DNA from: Eledone cirrhosa
Taxonomy: Eukaryota
Length of the DNA stretch: 64,000 nucleotides
Reading direction: 5' to 3'
Assembly (NCBI GenBank): GCA_964016885.1
Contig: OZ024753.1
Coordinates: 26,164,001-26,228,000, forward strand
A model generated the notes under the pieces. The model made no database searches. It had not been told where the DNA came from and worked only from the letters and a program-made list of their open reading frames with translations. The position numbers were made by a program, and so were the translations under genes. Positions 30,200 through 44,785 of this stretch are shown piece after piece. How positions within the stretch are numbered: position 1 is the stretch's first letter; every line of letters begins with the position of its first letter.

Positions 30200-30537
30200 A
30201 AAAACACATACACTCAAACGCGAACACACACACCAAACACAATATACACACGCAAACGCATGCGTAGAGAAAAGAAGAAATATATTAATTAATTAAATAA
30301 AAATGGCGTAGGCATTACAATAAAATGGGAGGAAACATAATAGTACCACTCATGATGTGCGGCGAAAGAACTTTGGTAAACTATATATATTTATATCTGT
30401 ATTTTTAACCGTTGGTCAAATTAACTATGGAGATATAAAAGACACAGAAGCGAAAACCAACCAAACAGTGAGTGTGTTCTGTTATTATTTCTGGCACTAT
30501 TATTACAACAATATGACCCGCCCCAAGTATAACAATG
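30196..30537 (+). mobile_element. Diverged Naiad family-1-like 3' end with decayed HHR
   Basis: Similar to 9400-9853; TACCA-CTCATGA..GAAAGAACTT-TGGTA. Confidence 0.75.
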
Positions 30538-30549
30538 TATATATATATA

Positions 30550-33500
30550 TAGTAATAATAATAAATTTGAAGACTAAAATCCAAAGAGGGCTCGATAAGG
30601 ATAAATATATATCAAATATATAAGAACCGTAGAGCAAATTTGGTTCCCTCCGTTGAGCACTCTATTGACTTATATTCATCATGCAGAAACAACATCTTAA
30701 TATTTCTACAAAGAACATACCCGTACCAAGTAGGAAAACATACCTAAAACTCCTGATACAGAAAACAGACCCGTTCATTAAAAGGTTGCGTTGGTGTGCC
30801 TTTCATTTCGATTATCAGGGGAAAGCGGACAACAAACAGGATAAATTTCGGTTTAAAAGCTATAACAACACCCCGTGTAACCCAGCATTGCTACCCTTCG
30901 AAAATGATGTCTTGGAACTCATACGGAGTATCAAATTTCGTAATAGGAGCAATTCCTTCCAGCAGGACATAAAGAATAGAATTCGTTCTATTAAGGATTC
31001 TAATGCCGTGCACGTCCACTCCGACAGAACTGGCAATCTATATCAAGTGGAGCGCAGTACTTACCATTAACTACTACATAATGCTGTAACTAAGGATTAC
31101 CGTAAAACTAATCGGTGCGTCATCAATGAAATCAACGATGCTGTGTTTAAAATAACCTCTGATCTCAACATCCTGGACCGGACTGAACCTCTAGACCCTA
31201 TTTCTCCCCACTTTACCCTGAAGGATCACAAATCCAATTTCCCGAACAACCCCTCTATTCGGCTTATTAACCCTACGAAGTTCGATTTGGGTAGACTTAG
31301 TAAAAGGATTTTAGATAGAATTATACCTGAAATTAGAAGTTTGGCCCCTCTTTCACTGTGGAATAATTCTTTCGCGGTGATTGATTGGTTCAACGGCATA
31401 TGCAACAAGGAACATTGCCGTTGTATCCAATTCGACATCAACAATTACTACTCCTCCATCACTTTACAACGTCTTCTTAGAGCTATCAATTTCGCTAAAA
31501 TACTCACAGTGGTTAAGGATTTCCAAGATGATGTCATGCTCAATGCCCGTAAGTCGGTGATTAATTTCGACGACTCTATTTGGATTAAACATCTAATAGT
31601 ACCCCATTCGACGTGAGTATGGGCGTCAGCAATTCTTCTGAGGTTACTGATCTTATCGGCCTTTTCCTTCCTTTCTCTATCAAGGAAGAATTCCCCAACG
31701 TGGGCGGTGGTTTGTACCGTGATGACAGTCTTTTGACCATGACAAAGTGCGGCCCACGTGCTTGCGACAGGTTCAGAAAATAACTCACAGACTTCTTTAA
31801 AGGCTTCAACCTCTACATACAGGTTGAGGCCCACCGCTCGGTCGTTAATTACCTCGACGTTACCCTCAATAAACGTTTCTTTGAGGCTTTCCTGTCTATC
31901 TACTAACGAGCATATTTTCAACGACCATTCCACATATTACAATGAAGCTCTTGCTCGGAGTGGATTTGTCCATAAGGTAGCATATGCAGAGTATGAGAAT
32001 AGACCTAGGAAAATAGATCTTGACGCATTATATGGTATAACACACCATATAATATGGAGGTGGACATACCATTAGCTAAGATCTTTCTCTCCCTTATTAT
32101 GAAGCATTTCCCCCAGCACATAAATATAGTAACATTTTTAATAGAAATACCATTAAAATTTCTTACTCTACGACTCCTAACATTCCACATAACATCACAG
32201 TTTCAAATTTAGCTAAATTAGCTAGCCATAGGAACACGTGCAACCCTGTAGCTAGTACTAACTGTAATTATAGGAATCAGGTTGACTGCTCCCTATCCGG
32301 GAAATGCCTCTCTAGTAACATTATTTACAAATGTAAGATTGAAACACCCACGTCCCGTAGGGCCTACATAGGGTTAACCGCCAATAGATTCAAGCAGCGT
32401 CTTTACATGCATACCCATTCTTTTCTTAACCCTTTAAGAAGGAATATGACGTCACTTTCAGCTTATATCCGGTGTCTAAAAGACAACCACACCCAATATA
32501 CACTGGGAGATCCTAGTTAGAGTTAGATCGTATAACCGAAATAAAATACCATGTGACCGCTGCGCCGCTGAAGCCCTGGAAATACTCTACGCAAAAAATC
32601 TGAGGCATTTCGGCTTATAAACATAAATTGCACAAAATGTTCCTGTATTACAGCCCCACATTATACCCTAACGGATAGTACGAACTATATGCGGATATTT
32701 TACGTCTTGATGTGGTAGCTAAGTATATGTTATGTTTATACCATTACTTATTTGTATAGGTAAGTATATATTACCTGTATGTTTTGTGACGGTACGTATA
32801 TTTGCTTGTATATGTTATAGGCGTATATATTATATATACTGGTACATGTGCATATGGTTATGTGTATACGTGAGTTTTGCGTCTGTGTGAGTTTGCGGGT
32901 TCGTACGTATGTAGGGTGTGTGTATATGTGTACTTTGTGTTTTGGTTGACGTCGATTAGCGAACATATGTGTATTGACATGTAGGTATGTGTGTGCGCGC
33001 GTTACATACGTATTTATGTGTGTATATTTATGTACGTTTATATAATTATATGTATACACGCACACACACATATATATATATATATTTGTTTATATAATTA
33101 TATGTATACACGCACACACACATATATATATATATTTGTTTATATATATGTTTTTATGTGTATTTGGTATATACGTTCGTATGTGTGCGGGTACAGGCGT
33201 TGCGTGGGTTATGTATGTGCGTGCGTGGTTTTTTTGTGTACGTGCTTGTATTTTCATACCAATGGCGGATGTTTTCGCGTATTCATGTGTATGTACGTAT
33301 ATGGATGCGTGCATGTATATATTTAATTTTGGTTGATTTCAATTACCTCTGTAATTTATTTACATTATTCTTAACTCTGAAGCCGAGAATCATTCGGTTT
33401 CCTAAATAGAATTTAAGTCTACGACTTCAGTTATATCATAAACGTGGTTTTCTCTTTGCGTATAATTGTTCTCATCGGTCCACATACTGACGTATTATCT

Positions 33501-33828
33501 TCGTTTTTTCCGTTCATTGCCAGAGAACAACATTGCTATGAACCACCTAATAGAATATTAGTCTACGACTTCATGTATACCATAAACGTGGTTTTGTCTT
33601 TGTGTGTAATTGTTTTCACCGCTCCAAATAAGGACGTATTATCTTCGTTTTTTTTCGTTCTTTGCCAGGGAACGTCTCCACGAACAAAAGTATCGTCTTC
33701 CTGTCTTCCTTCGGTTGCGACCTTTTTCGAAATATTATCTTCTGCGTTCACTAATTGATTTTCTTTAGTTTCAGAAGATCCCGTTAAGTGTGAAAGCAGC
33801 GATTCTTTGCTTAAACTTTAATCTGTTA

Positions 33829-33835
<7 letters not shown>
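30550..33835 (+). mobile_element. Near full-length decayed PLE (Nematis-like)
   Basis: Fragments from ATG 30681: STKNIPVP, KRLRW, SDRTGNLY, TLKDHK, IRLINP, QFDINNYYSSI, GLYRDD, then GIY-YIG to about 32700; 3' HHR; many stops. Confidence 0.88.
33767..33817 (+). ncRNA. Hammerhead-like motif with U4A core
   Basis: AGTTT-CAGAAGA-TCCC..-GAAA-GCA/TGC-TT-AAACT. Confidence 0.6.
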
Positions 33836-33897
<62 letters not shown>

Positions 33898-33984
33898 GGC
33901 TTGAGCTTGCCGTCGGGGTTAAACATTTTCCTATAATATATATATATATATATATATTATAGGAAAATGTTTAACCCCGACGGG

Positions 33985-34600
33985 GTTAATTGCAGAGACC
34001 CATCAATATGCCCTCTTAGTAATGAATGCATGACGAAAAACGTAGTCTACAGGTGCAAGGTCACAACCCTTAACTCGGAGCACTACTACATAGGATCCAC
34101 GGCGACGAGCTTCAAAGATAGGTGGTATAACCATCGCCACTCCTTTAACAGAATAGAAAGAGGAAATGTACGGCCCTTTCTGAATTGATCTGGAAGCTCA
34201 AACTTGAAAAGACCCCGCACTCTTTGGTCTGGTCGTGGTTAGAAAGGTTCCCCCAGACAGAGGTGGGTCTGGTATTTGCAACTTCTGTCTTAGTGAGACA
34301 CTCGAGATACTACATGGCGGAACCAAGCTATTAAACAGAAGGGCCGGCTTATTCGGCGCCTGCAGACACCTAAGGACGGGAACTTTCCTCAAGCTATATG
34401 GATAAACCCCGGTTATGGTTCCCCCCTCCCTGTAGGTCCCCTACACCCCGTACCAATGACCACTGGGCAACAACACCCACCCATAGTTTGTGGTTCCCAG
34501 GGTGGATTGTTCACCGGATCCTTTACTGGTTAGGAGTCAGCAAAACCACGTTTTTTTAATCTGATGAACCCCGGGAGTAGCCCACACAGGAAGACCGATT
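33985..34600 (+). mobile_element. PLE GIY-YIG 3' fragment (another Nematis-like family)
   Basis: NCRDPSICPL..C..NVVYRC..YYIGST..FKDRWYNHRHSF; CNFCLSE. Confidence 0.8.
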
Positions 34601-35640
34601 ATCCTAAGGTACTAACCCTATACGCATGAATGAGTGCCCGCAACTGTGCGTTGTGTGTATACCGGGATTAGGTGAATGTACGCACTTATGTGAACGCAAC
34701 GAAATACTAATACCCCAGGTTGCATTTGGAAAATGTTCGAGTGAATGCTTAAGAGTATATTTGTGTATGCTCTCTTGTATGAATGCACATGTGTATATAG
34801 ACATACACACGCATCCAGAGGTATACAAGTGTGGGCGGGTGCGTGTACCTGTATATGTCTGTACTGAAAGATTCGCCTAAGCTCCAAAGCCCCTAAGCTA
34901 TTGCTGTGAAGATATATATCACACTTTACCTTTCTTTAAAAATAACACCCACCTCGTTTTATGTCTGCCATATACTTGGATTTGGAGTCCTCTTTTGTAT
35001 ATATATACGCACTTGTGTGTACATACATATATATACACATCTGTATGGATTTGTATGTGTAGATGTGTGTGTGGGGGGAGTGTATGTACAAGTCAACCAA
35101 CATAAGTCTTTTTATATGTAAACTTTCTAAGTATTTGACTCTAACCATCATTTTCAGTATTACCACCCCACATAAATTCCCCAATTTGTATGAGTGGATG
35201 TGTGTCTGTGGGGGTGGGTGTGAGTGTATGTGCAAGTCAACCAACGTAAGTCTTTTTATATGCAAACCTTCTAAGTATTTGACTCTAACTATAATTTTCT
35301 GTATTACCACCCCACATAAATTCCTCAATTTAAGAATGACTTGTAGTATCGAATTTCATACTATAAACCTTAATTGAATATATATCTGACCAGGAATGCT
35401 TTTTGTGAAAATCAGTCATATGGAACTATTGTCATCTTGCCTGACGGTTTGAACTTTACAACACCATCGACCTCTTTGAAGTCAAATACCAATCCTACTA
35501 GCATCTACAAACTGACCAATGAGAATTAAGATTATTCCTGCTGACAACATTAAATTATCCCTAGCAAGCTCATATGTCCCAAGGCTCTGAAACCATCAAC
35601 ACTATAAACACAGAGCTGGCATATCTAAGAACTGACTGAC

Positions 35641-35692
35641 TGCCTGATGAGGTCATAGCCATACAATGGCTATCATCGAAATATATATAGCA
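35641..35692 (+). ncRNA. Minimal type-I hammerhead ribozyme
   Basis: TGC-CTGATGA-GGT.ATAGCCAT/ATGGCTAT.ATC-GAAA-TATATA-TA-GCA, about 50 nt before (TA)n. Confidence 0.72.
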
Positions 35693-36049
35693 ATAAATAA
35701 AGGATTATGAGTTCATGCAATTGACTTATGTTTCGTCACTATATATATATATATATATATACACGACCAATGTCATTTGGAGTTTGGTGATGGCTACTCC
35801 CCTAGTCCAACAAACATAGTATAGATTAAAAGGATGCACGATAAAGCGAACCATTCTTGCAGATTCTATTTGGCACCATTACGACATACAGTTACATGTT
35901 TAACACCTCCCTACCCCAACCACGTATATTGGACATCTCAGTTCGTCTTGTTGCTACGTCACTGCCAACATTTATAGGCCACCTTAATTCATTTATATTT
36001 TTACTTGTGCCAAAATTACAACACCTACCAAAATCAATATAACAGAATT

Positions 36050-36093
36050 ACTACTACTACTTATTGCTGCTGCTGCTGCTGCTGCTACTACTA

Positions 36094-36127
<34 letters not shown>

Positions 36128-36227
36128 AGTTACTACTGCTACTACCATCACTACCACCACCACCACCACTACTACTACTACTGCTGCTGCTGCTGCAGTT
36201 ACTACTGCTACTACCATCACTACCACC

Positions 36228-36260
<33 letters not shown>

Positions 36261-36606
36261 GCTGCTGCAGTTACTACTGCTACTACCATCACTACCACCA
36301 CCACCACCACCACTACTACTACTACTACTGCTGCTGCAGTTACTACTGCTACTACCATCACTACCACCACCACCACTACTACTGCGACTACCATCACTAC
36401 CACCACCACACCTGCTACTACTACTTCTACCATCACTACCACCATTACTACTGCTGGTGCCACTACTATTACTACCATCACTACCCCCACCACTACTATT
36501 ACTACCATTACTACGACCACTACTACTACTACTACTACCACCACCACCACTACTACCACCAGCACTACCACCACCACTACTATCACCACCACCACCACTA
36601 CTACTG
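36050..36606. repeat. Compound CTA/CTG/CCA trinucleotide repeat
   Basis: Direct reading. Confidence 0.9.
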
Positions 36607-36887
36607 TGAGAAATGGCTGCCGCTACAGGCTGGCAAGTGAACGTGTAAAACTACTTAACCTCCTTTTGTATAAAAGTAAAGTTGAAGAACAACTTTGGAA
36701 GTTAAGAAATCATTTGTTTTGAAAAGACAATTTCATTTTAATCGAAGTATTGAATTTCCGCCTTTTTACTACTTCCACCAGAAACAGACCAATCACAACA
36801 AGTTATATGTACCAACAAATCAATGTTTAGTGCACTTAAAACATTTCTACTTTTGTCTCCATTATTTCTTTTCCTGTATTTTTTTTT

Positions 36888-37002
36888 GTTTAATTTTGTT
36901 TAATTTTGTTTAATTTTGTTTAATTTTGTTTAATTTTGTTTAATTTTGTTTAATTTTGTTTAATTTTGTTTAATTTTGTTTAATTTTGTTTAATTTTGTT
37001 TT
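36888..37002. repeat. (GTTTAATTTT)n 10-mer repeat
   Basis: About 11 perfect units. Confidence 0.95.
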
Positions 37003-37108
37003 CTCTTTTACTTTCTTTCTTTTGGTTCAACTAAAATATTTCATTTATTCTCGTCTGACCGGGTTTGATCCCGTAAATATAAACTTGGAATTAGTTACTA
37101 ATAAATTT

Positions 37109-39785
37109 AACTATAGTATAGTCTACTACTAGCTACTACTATACTATAGTCTACTAATAGCTCCCACTATAGTATAGTTTAGTAATCCCACTATAGTATA
37201 GTCTACTAATAGCACCCTCTATAGTATAGTTTAGTAATGCCACTATAGTATAGTCTACTAATAGCTACTACTATACTATAGTCTACTAATAGCACCCACT
37301 ATAGTATAGTTTAGTAATAGCACTATAGTATAGTCTACTAATAGCTACTACTATACTATAGTCTACTAATAGCTCCCACTATAGTATAGTTTAGTAATAC
37401 CACTATAGTATAGTCTACTAGTAGCTACTACTATACTATAGTCTACTAATAGCTCCCACTATAGTATAGTTTAGTAATACCACTATAGTATAGTCTACTA
37501 ATAGCTACTACTATACTATAGTCTACTAATAGCTCCCACTATAGCATAGTTTAGTAATACCACTATAGTATAGTCTACTAATAGCTACTACTATACTATA
37601 GTCTACTAATAGCTCCCACTATAGCATAGTTTAGTAATACCACTATAGTATAGTCTACTAATAGCTACTACTATACTATAGTCTACTAATAGCTCCCACT
37701 ATAGTATAGTTTAGTAATACCACTATAGTATAGTCTACTAATAGCTATTACTATACTATAGTCTACTAATAGCTCCCACTATAGTATAGTTTAGTAATAC
37801 CACTATAAGTATAGTCTACTAGTAGCTACTACTATACTATAGTCTACTAATAGCTCCCTCTATAGTATAGTTTAGTAATACCACTATAGTATAGTCTACT
37901 AATAGCTACTACTATACTATAGTCTACTAATAGCTCCCACTATAGTATAGTTTAGTAATACCACTATAGTATAGTCTACTAATAGCTACTACTATACTAT
38001 AGTCTACTAATAGCTCCCACTATAGTATAGTTTAGTAATAGCACTATAGTATAGTCTACTAATAGCTACTACTATACTATAGTCTACTAATAGCTCCCAC
38101 TATAGTATAGTTTAGTAATACCACTATAGTATAGTCTACTAATAGCTACTACTATACTATAGTCTACTAATAGCTCTCACTCTAGTATAGTTTAGTAATA
38201 CCGCTATAGTATAGTCTACTAGTAGCTACTACTATACTATAGTCTACTAATAGCTCCCACTATAGTATAGTTTAGTAATACCACTATAGTATAGTCTACT
38301 AATAGCTACTACTATACTATAGTCTACTAATAGCTCTCACTCTAGTATAGTTTAGTAATACCGCTATAGTATAGTCTACTAGTAGCTACTACTATACTAT
38401 AGTCTACTAATAGCTCCCTCTATAGTATAGTTTAGTAATACCACTATAGTATAGTCTACTACTAGCTACTACTATACTATAGTCTACTAATAGCTCCCAC
38501 TATAGTATAGTTTAGTAATCCCACTATAGTATAGTCTACTAATAGCACCCTCTATAGTATAGTTTAGTAATGCCACTATAGTATAGTCTACTAATAGCTA
38601 CTACTATACTATAGTCTACTAATAGCACCCACTATAGTATAGTTTAGTAATAGCACTATAGTATAGTCTACTAATAGCTACTACTATACTATAGTCTACT
38701 AATAGCTCCCACTATAGTATAGTTTAGTAATACCACTATAGTATAGTCTACTAGTAGCTACTACTATACTATAGTCTACTAATAGCTCCCACTATAGTAT
38801 AGTTTAGTAATACCACTATAGTATAGTCTACTAATAGCTACTACTATACTATAGTCTACTAATAGCTCCCACTATAGCATAGTTTAGTAATACCACTATA
38901 GTATAGTCTACTAATAGCTACTACTATACTATAGTCTACTAATAGCTCCCACTATAGCATAGTTTAGTAATACCACTATAGTATAGTCTACTAATAGCTA
39001 CTACTATACTATAGTCTACTAATAGCTCCCACTATAGTATAGTTTAGTAATACCACTATAGTATAGTCTACTAATAGCTATTACTATACTATAGTCTACT
39101 AATAGCTCCCACTATAGTATAGTTTAGTAATACCACTATAAGTATAGTCTACTAGTAGCTACTACTATACTATAGTCTACTAATAGCTCCCTCTATAGTA
39201 TAGTTTAGTAATACCACTATAGTATAGTCTACTAATAGCTACTACTATACTATAGTCTACTAATAGCTCCCACTATAGTATAGTTTAGTAATACCACTAT
39301 AGTATAGTCTACTAATAGCTACTACTATACTATAGTCTACTAATAGCTCCCACTATAGTATAGTTTAGTAATAGCACTATAGTATAGTCTACTAATAGCT
39401 ACTACTATACTATAGTCTACTAATAGCTCCCACTATAGTATAGTTTAGTAATACCACTATAGTATAGTCTACTAATAGCTACTACTATACTATAGTCTAC
39501 TAATAGCTCTCACTCTAGTATAGTTTAGTAATACCGCTATAGTATAGTCTACTAGTAGCTACTACTATACTATAGTCTACTAATAGCTCCCTCTATAGTA
39601 TAGTTTAGTAATACCACTATAGTATAGTCTAGTAATAGCTACTACTATACTATAGTCTACTAATAGCTCCCACTCTAGTATAGGTTAGTAATACCGCTAT
39701 AGTATAGTCTACTACTATACTGGTATTACTAAACTATACTATAGTGGGTGCTATTAGTAGACTATAGTATAGTTTAGTAATACCG
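37109..39785. repeat. 80-bp satellite (28+28+24 subunits) with a 1333-bp higher-order duplication
   Basis: Rare variants recur at 37187/38520 and 37809/39142; short inversion at 39720-39785. Confidence 0.92.
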
Positions 39786-39827
39786 TTGGGCCATCAGAAT
39801 CAATTGTAGTATTCGTTCTGGATCTCT

Positions 39828-41206
39828 ACCTTTTTATGGTATGGTGGGAAAGGAGACTCAAAGATCTCCTTGATGAGAGCTCCATAGACCTGATCATGTA
39901 CTCTTGTTACGTAGACGACATCATCAATATAGTAATAAGGACATCCCCACAAGAGAGTACTAACAAGTTTGATTTAGAACGTAGCACAATGGAAAGCATC
40001 CAGCAGATAGCTAATCCGAATACACCAGAGTAAATCTGTAACTATCGACTACCCTTCCAAACACCCTAACAATAGACTACCTTTATGAGACACGGAACTC
40101 TGGATTAACGCTATAGACGAGAGGGCCAAATTCTCCACTCACACTATGCTAAACCCATGGCCTCCAAATACCTGATACTCAAAAACTCAGCAATGTCCAG
40201 TAGTGCTAAGTTTAATATTCTGATCGCAGACTTTGTACGACCCAACAGAAATGGAAAGACACATCCAACACTTCATCAACCTCATACAGTTCTCTGGCTA
40301 CAACAAAAGAGACAGAATCAGAGTATACGAAGGAGCCACGGAGAAGTATAAGACCCTCATAGAACTGGACATGAAAGGAATTTGCCCATTATACAGGAGC
40401 AAATCATGGAATAGCTTAGATAGGACTAGACATAAGATAGGGAAAACCACCTCATGGTACGACAACCAGAGATACCAGAGTGTCATGTTTGTGGACGCTA
40501 CCCCTGGAGGGAAATTAGCTAACCAGTGTAGAAAAGCCCTGAGAAAGACCCACTTAAAGATTAAGGTGGTAGAAAAGCCAGGAACCACCATAAAATCCCT
40601 GATCAGCAAACCCTACCCTTTTAAGAAAACCCACTGTACTATTAAGAAATGTATTATATGTAAAGTAAACCCCCGGATAAACTGTAAAACTAGAAACGTA
40701 GTCTATAGCATAAGATGTACAGAGGGCACTTTCAGAAACATGACAACAACATACATAGGCGAGACAGCTCGTAGCATAGATGAACGGATAGACCAACACT
40801 GTGGGGAACTAAAAGGACGAAAAAATGGTTCAGTACTGTACGAACATGCCAGACAACAACACGACGGTAAAATAGACATCATAGAAATTAGAATAATATC
40901 TAAACATAGAAATGACCCAGCAGATAGGCAAATCAGAGAGGCCAGAGAAATAGAACTTAGAAGGCCAAGCCTAAACAGAATAAATGAATGGAATAACAAC
41001 ACCCAAACAAACAACACTGACCTAAGAGAAGTATAAATAAATAAATAAATAAATAAATACATACACAAGCACAATAACAACAGACACATATAAACACACG
41101 CTAGTAAACTAAGATAAAATACAATAACCAATACACAGTCACCCAAACACGAACACACCTCAAATACTATACACACACGCAAACGCATGCGCAGAGAAGA
41201 CAAAAA

Positions 41207-41237
<31 letters not shown>

Positions 41238-41532
41238 ACAGACTAAATAAAGATGGCGTAGGCATACAATACAACGGGAGGAAACATAATAGGACCACTG
41301 ACGATGTTGCAGATGTGCAACGAAATAACTTTGTTAGACTATATATATATGTGTGTGTGTCTATACTGTATCTGTATTTTTGACCGTTGGTCAGTCAATG
41401 GTAACATTGAGGACCGAATAAATTAAATTAACCGATATAAAAGACACAGAAGCGAAAACCAACCAAACAGTGAGTGTGTTCTGTTATTAATTCTGGCAAT
41501 ATTATTACACAAATTTGACCCTCCCCAAGTAT

Positions 41533-41540
<8 letters not shown>
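39828..41540 (+). mobile_element. Older 5'-truncated Naiad family-1 copy (pseudogene) with HHR motif at 41293-41335
   Basis: Highly similar to 8093-9855; frameshifts; ORF piece 40233..41036. Confidence 0.93.
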
Positions 41541-41617
<77 letters not shown>

Positions 41618-41970
41618 TATTGGGCAAGACACTTTATTTCACGTTGCTCCTTCTACCTGGAGTTGCGACCGATAGATAGTATTAGCAATTGGAAAGACCA
41701 ACGGAAACATTGTTCCCTCAGTCCGATTTGACGAAAGTCGATCGTTGAGAGAGATATATTTATACATATATATATATGTATATATATATTTATACATATA
41801 TATATATGTACAGCCACCGGAAATAACATCTGTGAAATATACAGCGCCATCTACTTGTTAGCTAGCTACATATATATGTATATATATATACATATATATA
41901 TACATATATATATATATTTATACATATATATATATGTATATATATATTTATACATATATATATATATATA

Positions 41971-42474
41971 TGTACAGCCACCGGAAATAACATCTGTGAA
42001 ATATACAGCGCCATCTACTTATTAGCTAGCTACCTCAACGTGAAACTAAGAACCCTTAAAACCTACCAGAATAAACGCCTACACAGCGGCTAAACATCAA
42101 ACGATTATTTCTGTATAAATAGAGTGGTTCCAAACACTTCAGCATTCAGTCGACATTTGGCAGAGTCAGCTAGCGTATCGTTGTCCCTCGCCTCTGCCAC
42201 GCTTTGTCACTCACACACGCCTTGTACCTCGTATCGTCGCTTCATGTGAAAATAAATAGATGATCGAATTTACATCTCGCCTTGCTTCGCCCTTTCAACT
42301 TGTGCTTTCGTCTGTCCATCCTCAACAGTTCTGTTAAGGGCTATATGCGACAACAGTCCTTTTAAGGGCTATCTTCAGATCTGATCAGACCGTATGCGAT
42401 AACAGTTCTTCTAAGGGCTATTCTCGGATCTGATCAGAAGTAGTGACCAGACTGACTAACCACGTCGCCACACA
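41971..42474 (+). mobile_element. Possible solo LTR, with its first about 60 bp duplicated at 41807-41869
   Basis: TGT...ACA termini, TATAAATA near 42114, AATAAA near 42251, flanked by TATA. Confidence 0.35.
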
Positions 42475-42482
42475 TATACACA

Positions 42483-42557
<75 letters not shown>

Positions 42558-42573
42558 TAAAATAACAGATTAA

Positions 42574-42624
42574 AGTTTAAGCAAAGAATTGCTGCTTTCA
42601 CCCTTAACGGGATCTTCTGAAACT
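42574..42624 (-). ncRNA. Hammerhead-like motif with U4A core
   Basis: AGTTT-CAGAAGA-T-CCC(GTTAA)GGG-T-GAAA-GCA/TGC-TT-AAACT. Confidence 0.62.
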
Positions 42625-44194
42625 AACAAAGTCAATCTGTAAACGCAGAAGTGAATATTTAAAAAAACGTTTCAGCCGGAGGAAGACAGGAAGACGATAC
42701 TTTGATTCGTGGAAACGTTCCCTGGCAAAGAACGGGAAAAAACGAATATAATACGTCATTATTTGGAGCGTTGAAAAACAATTACACGCGAAGACAGAAC
42801 CACGTAGACTAATATTCTCTTAGGTGGTTCATAGAGACGTTCTCTGGCAATGAACGGAAAAAACGAAGATAATACGTCATATGTGGATCGTGGAGAACAA
42901 TTGCACGCAAAGACAAAACCACGTAAATGGTATAACTGAAGTCGTAGACTAAAATTCTAACTAGGAAACCGAATGGTTCTCCACTTCAGAGTTAAGAATA
43001 AAGTAAATAAGATACAGAGGTAATTGAAATTAAATAAATACATACACGCACCCAAATACGTACATACACAAGCATACGCGAAAACACTCGCCATAGGTAT
43101 ACAAATACACGCACATATAAATATGTGTGTGTGTGCGTGTATACAAATAATTAAATAAACGTATATAAATAAATAAATACGTATATAACAAGCGGACACA
43201 CATACCTACATGTAAATACACAAATGTTCAGAGACGTACGTCAATCAAAACACGAAGTACACATATACACACGCCCTACATACGTATGAACCCGCATACT
43301 CAAACAGACGCAAAACTCACGTATACACATAACCAAAAGCATATGTACCAGAATATATAAAAAATATACGCCATAACATATACAATCAAATATACCTACG
43401 AGAAAGTATACATACCTTCACAAAACATACAGGTAATATATACTTACCTATGCAGATAAGTAATGGTATAAACATAACATATACTTAGCTACCACATCAA
43501 GACGTAAAATATCCGCGTATAGATCGTACTATCCGTGTGGGGCTGTAATACAGGAAAGTTTTGTGCAATTTATGTTTACAAGCCGAAATTGCCTCAGATT
43601 TTTTGTTTAAGATGTGGTCTGTGGCGTAGAGTATTTCCAGGCCCTCAGCGGCGCAGAGGTCACATGGTCTTTTATTTCCGTTATACGATCTAGCCCTAGC
43701 TAGGATCTCCCAGTGTAACTTATCTTGGGTGTGGTTGTCTTTTAGACTCCAGATATAAGCTGAAAGTGACGTCATATTCCTTCTTAGAGGGTAATGAAAA
43801 GAATGGGTATGCATGTAAAGACGCTGCTTAAATCTATTGGCGTTAACCCTGTGTAGGCCCTACGGGACGTGGGTGTTTCAACCTTACATTTTTAGACAAT
43901 GTTACTAGAGACGCATTTCCCGGATAGAGGGCAATCAACCCGATTCCTACAATTACAGTTAGTACTAACTACAGGGTTGCACGTGTTCCTACGGCTAGGT
44001 AGTTTAGCTAAATTTGAAGCTGTGATGGTATGTGCAAGGTTAGGAGTCGTAGAGTAAGAAATGTTAATAGTATTTCTATTAAAAATGTTACTATATTTAT
44101 GTGTAGGGGGGAAATGCTTCGTAATAAGGGATGGAAAGGTCTTAGTTAATGGTGTGGCCACCTCCATATTATATGGTGGGTTATACCATATAAT

Positions 44195-44341
44195 TGTTTC
44201 TACATTTGGCACAAGGCCAGCAAATTACCCAGTGCATTACTGGTACTTTATTTTATCGACCCCGTAAGGATGAAAGGCAAAGTCAACCTCGGCGGGATTT
44301 GAACTCAGATCGTAAAGGGACGTAACTCTGCTGGAAAGCAT
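44195..44341 (-). mobile_element. 5'-truncated SINE with 16-bp target-site duplication
   Basis: TSD GGTTATACCATATAAT at 44179-44194 and 44342-44357. Confidence 0.88.
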
Positions 44342-44666
44342 GGTTATACCATATAATGCGTCGGGATCTATTTCTACTAGGTCTATTCTCGTACTTTGTA
44401 TATGCTACCTTATCGACAAATCCACTCCGAGCAAGAGCCTCATTGTAATATGTGGATGGTCGTTGAAAATATGCTCGTCTTGGCAAGCTATTTAGAACAC
44501 TGGTTTAACCGCTTTACTTCCCTCCAAAGAAGTGATATTATCTCGAAAATTAAGGACATTTAAATAAATCTAAGGTAAAAGACTAATTGTCAACAATATC
44601 TTTTGCATTTTCATTCTTTATTCTATGTCCATACCTGCATTGTTTTGGCTTTATACATATACAAAC

Positions 44667-44785
<119 letters not shown>

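Larger units (their letters stand above)
42555..44485 (-). mobile_element. 5'-truncated copy of the 30550-33835 PLE family, interrupted by a SINE
   Basis: Reverse-complement similarity to 31900-33835; IIWYNPPY, CNCRNRVDCPL, CDLCAAE. Confidence 0.9.

Noticed and set aside
34561-34600. CTGATGA after a GIY-YIG fragment
   Set aside because: No GAAA or stem III follows; at most a truncated HHR.
35993-36640. Poly-Val, poly-Leu/Pro and Cys/His/Tyr ORFs
   Set aside because: Trinucleotide repeat translations with no evidence of an exon.
29640-39785. CRISPR-like appearance of the 21-bp and 80-bp arrays
   Set aside because: No unique spacers, no cas genes, eukaryotic context.
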